From a virus (lineage: Duplodnaviria > Caudoviricetes): 25,466 bases of DNA. Positions 1-6,560 of this stretch are shown here, one piece after another. The notes beneath the pieces were generated by a model, which saw nothing but the letters and a program-made list of their open reading frames with translations, made no database searches and was not told where the DNA came from. The position numbers and the translations under genes are program-made. Every line of letters begins with the position of its first letter. Within the stretch, counting starts at the first letter, position 1. The stretch lies in the IMG/VR virus record IMGVR_UViG_3300049009_000469, positions 1 to 25,466 of that record, one strand, 5' to 3'.

Positions 1-403
1 CGCCGTACGCCACTTGGTTCTCACAAGCGGTGTCATACGCCACATCAGCGTCGGACATATACTCAATGTGACGCACCATGCCGTTGAAAATCTCAGCGAC
101 TTCAACGTCAGCCTTATCGTCGGCGGGTATTACTTTCCCACTTGGGCGATTTTGGCGCTGGTCGTTGGTGACTTGGCGAACGTGCTGGGGGAGTTTGTTG
201 ATGGTCAAACAAGGGCGGGCATTGATGGTTTGACCTTGGACTGAGCCGCGCGTAGCGAGTACGTCTGCGGGCCACTGCCAATTGTTGTCTGGACTTGCCG
301 CATAAAACCGCAGATCGTCTAACTCATCTTCACGGGAGTCAGAATAAGCGGAAATAGCCATCGTCATACGATGGCGGGCGGTGTCGAGAATGTCTTTGCT
401 CAT
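1..403 (-). CDS. Portal protein, P22-like (N-terminal part; runs off the left edge)
   Basis: Not in the ORF track. Translated by hand from the ATG at 403: MSKDILDTARHRMTMAISAYSDSREDELDDLRFYAASPDNNWQWPADVLATRG...RPCLTINKLPQHVRQVTNDQRQNRPSGKVIPADD...AYDTACENQVAYG, open to position 1. The QW, RP.LTIN..P and N..RQNRP motifs are typical of P22-like portals. ATGA overlap with the groES stop. Confidence 0.9.
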   Translation of the reverse strand, partial: MSKDILDTARHRMTMAISAYSDSREDELDDLRFYAASPDNNWQWPADVLATRGSVQGQTINARPCLTINKLPQHVRQVTNDQRQNRPSGKVIPADDKADVEVAEIFNGMVRHIEYMSDADVAYDTACENQVAYG

Positions 404-645
404 ACCAACCCAATAATATCTTTGTCTTTCATTAAAATTAAATCTTCATACTTTCGGTCAATTGTACCGCTGTACATGACATGATCGCCAACTTTGACCA
501 TTAAGGGGCGCTTAGAATCCTTTTTACCCGCACCAACGGCGACCACCACACCTGTTTGGGTGTCTGTTTCGGGCATGATAATCAACCCGCTTTGCACAAA
601 CGGGTCAGGGCGTACTGCGATGTTGTCATGCAATGGTCTGATCAT
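400..645 (-). CDS. groES: Co-chaperonin GroES (Cpn10)-like protein
   Basis: MIRPLHDNIAVRP, mobile-loop-like QSGLIIMP, GVVVAVGAG, VKVGDHVMY and LILMKDKDIIGLV match the Cpn10 pattern. Confidence 0.9.
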   Translation of the reverse strand: MIRPLHDNIAVRPDPFVQSGLIIMPETDTQTGVVVAVGAGKKDSKRPLMVKVGDHVMYSGTIDRKYEDLILMKDKDIIGLV

Positions 646-773
646 TTCTTCTTTTCCGCTGCGCGTTTGGTTGCGTACGCAATTGCCACCGCTTGGCGGA
701 TGGGTTTAGTTTGCGCTTCAGCCTTCACGTTTGCGCGGAAGGCTTCTTTGCTAGCTGATTTCTTCAGCGGCAT
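642..773 (-). CDS. Small basic hypothetical protein (43 aa)
   Basis: Hand translation MPLKKSASKEAFRANVKAEAQTKPIRQAVAIAYATKRAAEKKK. It fills the gap in the operon and has an ATGA overlap with the groES start. Confidence 0.8.
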   Translation of the reverse strand: MPLKKSASKEAFRANVKAEAQTKPIRQAVAIAYATKRAAEKKK

Positions 774-775
774 GA

Positions 776-1177
776 TTACTGCCCGTGGATGATGGCAAAG
801 TTGACCACAACAGCTTCCGACAAGGAACCGGCAGTATTGTTGTACAAACCAATCACAGCAGTTCCCGCGCCTACGTTTGCGACGTAGGGCCAGTACGCGC
901 CACTTGTGCCTGCCGAGCCAAGGTTCACGATCAGCACGTCATTGGCTGTGATCTTGCTGTTGGTAAGCGTAAACAGTACCGTGGCACCGTTAGCCAAGGC
1001 TGCGCCGTTCATGGTGATCTTACCCATTGACCGGTTTAAGGTCACACCGGTAGATTTGCTTGTTGCCTGAGTCACCGCGCCTTGGGCAGCAGTTGAGTAA
1101 CCGAGTTCATCGGTGGCATAGCAAGTAGTGAATTCGGGGTCAGAGTAAGCAACACCGATTGATTGTGAATTTGACAT
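776..1177 (-). CDS. Hypothetical, probably virion structural protein (133 aa)
   Basis: Ala/Gly/Thr/Ser-rich, beta-strand-like sequence. Lies between TerL and the portal; GGAG 10 nt upstream of the ATG. Confidence 0.7.
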   Translation of the reverse strand: MSNSQSIGVAYSDPEFTTCYATDELGYSTAAQGAVTQATSKSTGVTLNRSMGKITMNGAALANGATVLFTLTNSKITANDVLIVNLGSAGTSGAYWPYVANVGAGTAVIGLYNNTAGSLSEAVVVNFAIIHGQ

Positions 1178-1209
1178 TTCTAGGCTCCGTAGTTAAGTGT
1201 TAAGTACAT

Positions 1210-2730
1210 CTAAGACGACATCCAGCTTGTAGCCATACCACTAGGTGAATAATTTTGACGCTTTGGTGCTGCATATTCACGATGTGCGACGGGGAAGGCA
1301 AACGTGACGCAGATAGCGTCTGCTGCGTCTGGCGACGCTAACCCCCTCGCTTTCATGTCCTTTTTCGACTCCAAAAAGATAGTTCCTTTTGAATCCGGCT
1401 TCATTATCGGTGATATTAAATCAGTTTTAAGCACTCTGTCACTAGGAATCGACGCAGTTTTGAGCCATTGACGCATATCACCCCACATTTGCGCCCTTAA
1501 ATTACCATACATTAGCGGATTTCGGGACTTATTGCCAAAATTTACCCCCCGAATCTTATACCGTTGCTCTTTTAGGCGATCCACCACGCCCCCGCCCACG
1601 CCACCTTCGTCAATCACCACCAACGCCGGCTTATATTCCTCAATCGCCTCAATGACGTGCCCGACAACCGTCATCGTATCGTCGCCCTTAAACCGTTTGA
1701 TGCCAATAATGTCACGCCCTTGACGGATGGCAATGACGGTCGAGTCTGAACCAAAGCGCGCAGGGTCAACACCCACGATAATGGGGGCTGACAGGTCTTT
1801 AAGCCTTGCGCGTTTCATGGCTTCATCGACAATGAGGCTTGAGATAAACTGATCATCACCCGCAGACGGGAAGTCACCGTAGACTTCCACCGCAGCCTGG
1901 CTAGAATCCGCACCATACTCGTCGATGATCTGCTGATACACCGCTTTGTCCGTACCCTCGACCGTTCTTGCGTCCACGATCTTAGTCTGCCAAAAGTCAC
2001 GCTTGGAGTTGTGGCATTCGTAGAAGTAACCGGTGTTGCGCCGTGGGTTTGAGAACGCCAACCAAAAGCGGTTAGGGGTGTTCTCGGTAAAGAAGCCCGC
2101 AGTCACCGCCCAAATGGCGTCATCAATACCGGATGCCTCATCAAAGATCACCATCACACCGTCGGCATTGTGAATACCGGCGTAGCTATCGGGATTTTCA
2201 GCCGACCACAGTTTGCCTTCTAAACTCCAGTATCGGGTGCCTTTTTTAAGGTCGCGCTCTACTAATTCAGCAATCCATTTAGCGGGCATAATGCGGGTAG
2301 CTGAAATCTCCCACCAATGACCGTTCATAGACATAGACAGCCATTTAGTAATTTCAGCCCATGTGACCGAGCGCAATTGCGATTCGCTGTTGGCTGAAAC
2401 AATAACCGACGAGCCAATGCGCGTTGACATCATCCAAAGCACCACCCAGCTAACCAACGCAGATTTGCCAATACCTCGACCGGACGACACCGCCATGCGG
2501 AAGGTGTCAAAGTCAATCTTGCCTTTGTTTTGCGCGATATGGACGGCAAGGTCTTGCAACACTTCGCGTTGCCATTTGCGCGGCCCCGTAAAGTTCTCAA
2601 GCGGTGTGCCTTTCTCGCCCCACGGAAAACTCATTAGCACAAATGCCAAAGGATTATTAGCTATCTGAGGCGACCAAAGTCGGCTCATTAGAGCCATTTC
2701 TTCGGCGGCTGAGTAACGAGTGGTTTGCAT
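1210..2730 (-). CDS. terL: Terminase large subunit
   Basis: Walker A SGRGIGKS, Walker B VMVIFDEASG, coupling motif FSNP, RNase H-like nuclease motifs GVDPARFGSD and SPDAADA. Confidence 0.95.
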   Translation of the reverse strand: MQTTRYSAAEEMALMSRLWSPQIANNPLAFVLMSFPWGEKGTPLENFTGPRKWQREVLQDLAVHIAQNKGKIDFDTFRMAVSSGRGIGKSALVSWVVLWMMSTRIGSSVIVSANSESQLRSVTWAEITKWLSMSMNGHWWEISATRIMPAKWIAELVERDLKKGTRYWSLEGKLWSAENPDSYAGIHNADGVMVIFDEASGIDDAIWAVTAGFFTENTPNRFWLAFSNPRRNTGYFYECHNSKRDFWQTKIVDARTVEGTDKAVYQQIIDEYGADSSQAAVEVYGDFPSAGDDQFISSLIVDEAMKRARLKDLSAPIIVGVDPARFGSDSTVIAIRQGRDIIGIKRFKGDDTMTVVGHVIEAIEEYKPALVVIDEGGVGGGVVDRLKEQRYKIRGVNFGNKSRNPLMYGNLRAQMWGDMRQWLKTASIPSDRVLKTDLISPIMKPDSKGTIFLESKKDMKARGLASPDAADAICVTFAFPVAHREYAAPKRQNYSPSGMATSWMSS

Positions 2731-3184
2731 CGCGTTCCTTTTGTGCAGATTCTACAGTATCAAAATACCCTAGCGATTGGCATTTTCCATCAACCCACAG
2801 CCGTGCGTGCCATTTCTTAGCCGCCTTGTGCCAGGATACGCCCTTAGCGCCGGACGTATTATTCTTTAACATACCGGCGTTGTGCATCTGTTCGGCGCGG
2901 GTAGCCACGCGTAAATTAACCAATCGGTTGTCATCGCGGATTTGGTTTATGTGGTCTAGTTCTTTAGCAAACGTGCCGTGGGCGTACAGCCATGCCAGTT
3001 GGTGCGATTTATATAACCTGCGGTCAAGACGTATGACTATATAACCGTATTTGTCGTGGCAGTTACAAATGCTGCCGCGCCTTACGCAAGTGCTAGTAGG
3101 ATTTAGCCAAGTGAAAACGCCTGTGTCGGCATCATACTGAAGTAGCTCTTTGAGCCGGTCTTGAGTTAATATCTTGGTAGTCAT
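2657..3184 (-). CDS. HNH endonuclease with C-terminal AP2-like DNA-binding domain
   Basis: ELLQYDADTGVFTW, HQLAW, LDHINQIRDDNRLVNLR (HNH), NNTSGAKGVSWHK..KKWHARL...LGYF (AP2). Start moved from 3262 to the ATG at 3184, which has AAAAGGA upstream. Confidence 0.9.
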   Translation of the reverse strand: MTTKILTQDRLKELLQYDADTGVFTWLNPTSTCVRRGSICNCHDKYGYIVIRLDRRLYKSHQLAWLYAHGTFAKELDHINQIRDDNRLVNLRVATRAEQMHNAGMLKNNTSGAKGVSWHKAAKKWHARLWVDGKCQSLGYFDTVESAQKERDANHSLLSRRRNGSNEPTLVASDS

Positions 3185-3635
3185 CGCCGTCCTTTTCACG
3201 GTTGTTGATAAGAGGCCGGTTACCGTTGTCGCGGTAATCGGCTTCGTCAATTGTAAGCCCATTTGCTACTCTTTGGTTGGCTTGCTCAAGTGCTGTGATG
3301 ATGCTGATCTGTTGCGTCACATCGACCTGCACCTGCTGCTTGGCGACCCAATCGTGCTTGTGTTTTAAGAACTCCAACGCCATCTTAGCGTCGCCGTCTA
3401 ACGCTGCGTCACGCACAACCTGTGACATCTCTGCCTCAGAATCTGCGCGGCCTTGTTCGATCGCCATCTCAACCACAGGGTCTAGCTGGCACATCTTGCG
3501 AAACTCGACAGGCATCATCCCTGCGCGGATCGCTATGGCGTTTTCTGATAGCCCTAGACGTGCGGCTTCGTAGACGCGCTGCAAACGCGACTCGGTGGCG
3601 CGAACTTCGCGGGGTGTGAAGTGTAGAGATAGCAT
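3132..3635 (-). CDS. terS: Probable terminase small subunit
   Basis: First gene of the packaging operon, with an HTH-like N-terminus and a GDAKMALEFLKHKHDW motif. Start at 3635 (MLSLHF) preferred; 3653 is possible. Confidence 0.65.
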   Translation of the reverse strand: MLSLHFTPREVRATESRLQRVYEAARLGLSENAIAIRAGMMPVEFRKMCQLDPVVEMAIEQGRADSEAEMSQVVRDAALDGDAKMALEFLKHKHDWVAKQQVQVDVTQQISIITALEQANQRVANGLTIDEADYRDNGNRPLINNREKDGDDYQDINSRPAQRATSV

Positions 3636-3757
3636 TTTGCGATTGTAGGTCATGTAGGCAATTTATTATATAAAAAAATTTTGTTGGTGAACCCTCCGCT
3701 AGCTAGGGCTCCCCGCCAGGGCCCTACCCCCCCTTATCGAATCCTTAGTGCCACCAT

Positions 3758-3869
3758 GCTGCACTGCGGTAGCTGCACTGCACAATGCTGCACTGCACCA
3801 TGCTGCACTGCGGTAGCTGCACTGCAATATGCTGCACTGCGGTAGCTGCACTGCACAATGCTGCACTGC
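3758..3869. repeat. Tandem array of 8 x GCTGCACTGC with 4-5 nt spacers
   Basis: Exact copies start at 3758, 3772, 3787, 3802, 3816, 3831, 3845 and 3860. Spacers are GGTA, ACAAT, ACCAT, GGTA, AATAT, GGTA, ACAAT. Confidence 0.95.
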
Positions 3870-3921
3870 AACATCGCTGTGTGCCTGGCGAGCTGTCGCC
3901 AGCCGAGCTCGAGCTGTCATG

Positions 3922-4033
3922 CTCACTAAGTCTTAGTGGCTCACTAAGTCTTAGCCATACTCACTAAGTCTTAGCCACTAAGATTTAGTGAGTGGCTCAC
4001 TAAGTCTTAGGACAAATACTCACTAAGTCTTAG
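3922..4033. repeat. Array of 15-mer CTCACTAAGTCTTAG (5 direct copies + 1 inverted)
   Basis: Exact copies at 3922, 3940, 3960, 3996 and 4019, plus an inverted copy with one mismatch at 3978-3992. The core CTAAG-T-CTTAG is palindromic. Confidence 0.95.
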
Positions 4034-4070
4034 GATTACATCTTCCTAAGTATTCCTTGAGGGGCAATGT

Positions 4071-4093
4071 GGGCACTTTTAAAGTGCCCTTTT
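4071..4093 (+). terminator. Palindrome / possible intrinsic terminator
   Basis: GGGCACTTT-T-AAAGTGCCC followed by a short T run. It could instead be a protein-binding palindrome. Confidence 0.4.
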
Positions 4094-4116
4094 ATGTTGA
4101 TGGCTTGCTCCAGCGT

Positions 4117-4145
4117 TTGCGCCAGACTACGCCGACATATAAACT
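4117..4145 (+). promoter_or_regulatory. Candidate sigma70 promoter abutting the LexA box
   Basis: TTGCGC (4117-4122) - 17 nt - TAAACT (4140-4145). Confidence 0.45.
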
Positions 4146-4164
4146 ACTGTATGCATATACAGTA
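4145..4164. promoter_or_regulatory. LexA (SOS) box
   Basis: TACTGTATGCATATACAGTA, 18/20 identical to the E. coli consensus TACTGTATATATATACAGTA, with the CTGT-N8-ACAG core intact. Confidence 0.8.
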
Positions 4165-4343
4165 TATATAAGAGCTTATTAAAGTCTAAAGTATTCATTA
4201 CCTTATTACCCTACAAGTTATCTAGCAGTATGATTTTTAAAGCATTTTATGTAGGCACTTCGCGCAGTTTTCGCGCCCTTACCAATACCCGTAATTACCC
4301 TACATTTTGCAAACCTCACAAACCCTCACAAAAAGCAAACAAT

Positions 4344-4391
4344 TTGGCACAATGCTAGAAAATCATGTACACTAGAGTCTCTCTCAACTAA
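4344..4391 (+). promoter_or_regulatory. Candidate early sigma70 promoter
   Basis: TTGGCA (4344-4349) - 18 nt - TACACT (4368-4373), directly upstream of the first rightward gene. A homologous module is at 13581-13623 (-). Confidence 0.6.
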
Positions 4392-4406
4392 TCTAAGGTG
4401 TTCAAA

Positions 4407-4613
4407 ATGACAAAACTTAACAAAGCCCAAATGCGCGCAGTGACTATTGACTTGCAACATTACCACCACGGCAACGTCGGCGCAGCTGCGCGCGGCCTGA
4501 GTGCTATCTACCGTTGCGCGCTCAAGAAAAGCCAGCAAGAGGATATTCTCAAGCTCGCCCTGGCTTACCCTGAAATTTTGAACCACCCTGATTTTATTGT
4601 CGCCGCACGTTAA
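4407..4613 (+). CDS. Hypothetical early protein (68 aa)
   Basis: ATG at 4407 with TAAGGTG upstream; first gene of the rightward cluster. Confidence 0.75.
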   Translation: MTKLNKAQMRAVTIDLQHYHHGNVGAAARGLSAIYRCALKKSQQEDILKLALAYPEILNHPDFIVAAR

Positions 4614-4656
4614 ACCAAACCGGCCGCGCAAGCGGCCATTACTCAAGGTGCCTAAT

Positions 4657-4728
4657 ATGTCTAAACTTTCCGATATTGTTGCAGCTCTGCTAATGACTAT
4701 CGCTTTTCTGCTAGCGCTTTTCCTGTAG
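4657..4728 (+). CDS. Small hydrophobic peptide (23 aa)
   Basis: MSKLSDIVAALLMTIAFLLALFL, with an AAGGTG RBS like that of its neighbours. Confidence 0.55.
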   Translation: MSKLSDIVAALLMTIAFLLALFL

Positions 4729-4768
4729 TACCTCACACAATAAACTTCACTTCACTCTAAGGTAAATT

Positions 4769-5524
4769 ATGAGCAAAATTCTAGGTTATATCGCGTATGA
4801 AGGCCCGTCCGAGTTAACCGGCGAGCCCATTGTTGTAATTATTAATCGCGTGCACAGCGCCAGCGCAAACGACAAAACCGGCGCTTTGGTTCAATCATTT
4901 ATCATTCGGTCCGACGTTAACCCCGTCGAAGCGCTTAAAACCGGCGACGACGCTGCAATATGTGGTGATTGCGTGCACCGGCCGCTTAACGCTGAAATAA
5001 CCGGCGAGCCACCGTGCTACGTTAACGTGGGCCGGTCCGTGCTCGCTGTGTTTAAAGCTTACCAGCGCGGTCGGTACGTGCGCGTTAAACCCCAAGCGCT
5101 TGCGCGCATTCTCGCCGGCAAAAAATTACGTATCGGCACATACGGCGACGGCGCAGCCGCTCCTGTATCACTTTGGCAAACCCTGACACAATACACTTTG
5201 GACCATGTCGGATACACGCATCAATGGCAACGCGCCGGCTTTGATCATTTTGGATGGTCTTCGCTTGTAATGGCTAGCGCAGATACAGCCGATCAAGCGC
5301 TCGAAGCGCAAGCGCTTTCGTATCGTACTTTCAGGGTAAGTATTGGCTTAGACAAGCGCGCCGGTGAGATATCGTGCCCGGCGAGCGCCGAAAGCGGCAA
5401 AAAAACCACTTGCGATAACTGTATGCTTTGCGCCGGTCAAATGAAAGCGGCTAAAAATATAGTTATTGCAGATCACGCGCTTGGCCATGCACGGCGCGTT
5501 ATCCCCATTTTAGTTGCAGCGTAA
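4769..5524 (+). CDS. Cys-rich putative Fe-S protein (possibly GP88/radical-SAM-related)
   Basis: Motifs CGDC...PCYV, LRIGTYGD, GYTHQW, VMASAD, CPAS...TCDNCMLC; TAAGGT RBS. The gene call is secure but the family call is tentative. Confidence 0.6.
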   Translation: MSKILGYIAYEGPSELTGEPIVVIINRVHSASANDKTGALVQSFIIRSDVNPVEALKTGDDAAICGDCVHRPLNAEITGEPPCYVNVGRSVLAVFKAYQRGRYVRVKPQALARILAGKKLRIGTYGDGAAAPVSLWQTLTQYTLDHVGYTHQWQRAGFDHFGWSSLVMASADTADQALEAQALSYRTFRVSIGLDKRAGEISCPASAESGKKTTCDNCMLCAGQMKAAKNIVIADHALGHARRVIPILVAA

Positions 5525-5567
5525 ACCCCACGGCCCGCACGCGGGCCTTAACTTAGGATTATTCAAA

Positions 5568-5780
5568 ATGCTAAACACTCTAGAATTTTATTTTGACATT
5601 GGCAAAAAAGTTGCCGTGGCCCGTAACGAGCGCGACGAAGCGCGCGCAGTATTTGAGATGGATTACCTTAGGCGCGCGCTAGGTGTCGAAAAGCGCGAAG
5701 ACAAACCCGCGGCCCGCGCGGCATATGATGCCGGTTTTAAAGAGTACCGTAATGTGCCACGTGTGGATTATTTCAAATGA
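5568..5780 (+). CDS. Hypothetical early protein (70 aa)
   Basis: Start moved to the ATG at 5568 (TAGGA RBS; the longer ORF start would run through an intergenic hairpin). ATGA overlap with the next gene. Confidence 0.75.
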   Translation: MLNTLEFYFDIGKKVAVARNERDEARAVFEMDYLRRALGVEKREDKPAARAAYDAGFKEYRNVPRVDYFK

Positions 5781-6001
5781 GAATGAATGCAAAATATGCG
5801 GGCCGTTGTGCCCTTACTGGCCGGCCGTTCAGCGCCGGCGATTTGATCGACTACAACAAAGCCAAAAAACGCGCGGTATTGGTGGCCGAGAATCGATTAG
5901 AAAGCATAACGCTATTTGATGGCGACAAGGCTAGTACTTTCTACCGTAACGCGCGCGGCCGCTGTATTGATGCGCCGTGCTGTGGCTGTTGCACTATTTA
6001 A
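5777..6001 (+). CDS. Small Cys-rich protein ending RCIDAPCCGCCTI
   Basis: 74-aa ORF coupled by an ATGA overlap; six Cys, five of them in the last 12 residues. Confidence 0.8.
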   Translation: MRMNAKYAGRCALTGRPFSAGDLIDYNKAKKRAVLVAENRLESITLFDGDKASTFYRNARGRCIDAPCCGCCTI

Positions 6002-6011
6002 GGGGCCGGAC

Positions 6012-6155
6012 ATGACAAACCTAGAAATTATTGAGATGGCCGCGCTTCGCTTGGGATGCGAGCGTGCGCTAGCGTTATTAGAGGATCCTGACGCGTCGCA
6101 TTTTGACGCGGATAAGGTTATTCATTTTCTTAAAATCGTATTGGATATCAAATGA
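6012..6155 (+). CDS. Hypothetical early protein (47 aa)
   Basis: ATG at 6012 after AAGGGG; MTNLEIIEMAAL...VLDIK. Confidence 0.7.
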   Translation: MTNLEIIEMAALRLGCERALALLEDPDASHFDADKVIHFLKIVLDIK

Positions 6156-6301
6156 TTACTAAGCAAGAGTACTTAGAAATTTTATTGGGTTTGCCCACGG
6201 CGACGATTGAGCGCAGCGCAGCAAACCCTACAATTTACATGACGCGCGTGCACGTTTTACTTCATTATGTCGCCTTGCGTCGCCGGGGGGTGACAACATG
6301 A
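6152..6301 (+). CDS. Hypothetical early protein (49 aa)
   Basis: Hand translation MITKQEYLEILLGLPTATIERSAANPTIYMTRVHVLLHYVALRRRGVTT; ATGA overlaps at both ends. Confidence 0.7.
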   Translation: MITKQEYLEILLGLPTATIERSAANPTIYMTRVHVLLHYVALRRRGVTT

Positions 6302-6501
6302 AATACAAAAACGGGCAACCCGTAGAAGTAGGCGACGTCGTGCACGTCAGGAACCGCGCTTATACCGTCTACAGCGTGAGCGATTATGTAACCCTTCGTT
6401 CTATGTGCGAGCGTGGGTACTTCACCCACGTCTTCCCAAGTGACATAGGCGCGTACATCCCGCGCTTGCATCCCGTCTTTGCGGGGTTAATGCCGATATG
6501 A
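6298..6501 (+). CDS. Hypothetical early protein (67 aa, SH3/KOW-like pattern)
   Basis: MKYKNGQPVEVGDVVHV start; ATGA coupled. Confidence 0.75.
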   Translation: MKYKNGQPVEVGDVVHVRNRAYTVYSVSDYVTLRSMCERGYFTHVFPSDIGAYIPRLHPVFAGLMPI

Positions 6502-6560
6502 CTATATCGCTTATCGCGGCCGCCGTGGTTATCTTACTCATTCTAGTATTCGACCTATAA
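6498..6560 (+). CDS. Small hydrophobic peptide (20 aa)
   Basis: MTISLIAAAVVILLILVFDL; ATGA overlap with the previous gene and ends just before the terminator. Confidence 0.55.
   Translation: MTISLIAAAVVILLILVFDL

Noticed and set aside
3699-3967. Track ORFs 3699-3926 (-) and 3785-3967 (+)
   Set aside because: Low-complexity translations of the repeat arrays, with no RBS.
3758-4033. CRISPR or TIGR-like guide array
   Set aside because: Repeats are 10-15 nt and spacers only a few nt and often identical, too short to be guides. No Cas1/2, effector or Nop-domain gene is in the window.
4326-4736. 136-aa minus-strand ORF
   Set aside because: Antisense shadow over two + strand genes that have good RBSs and over the early promoter.
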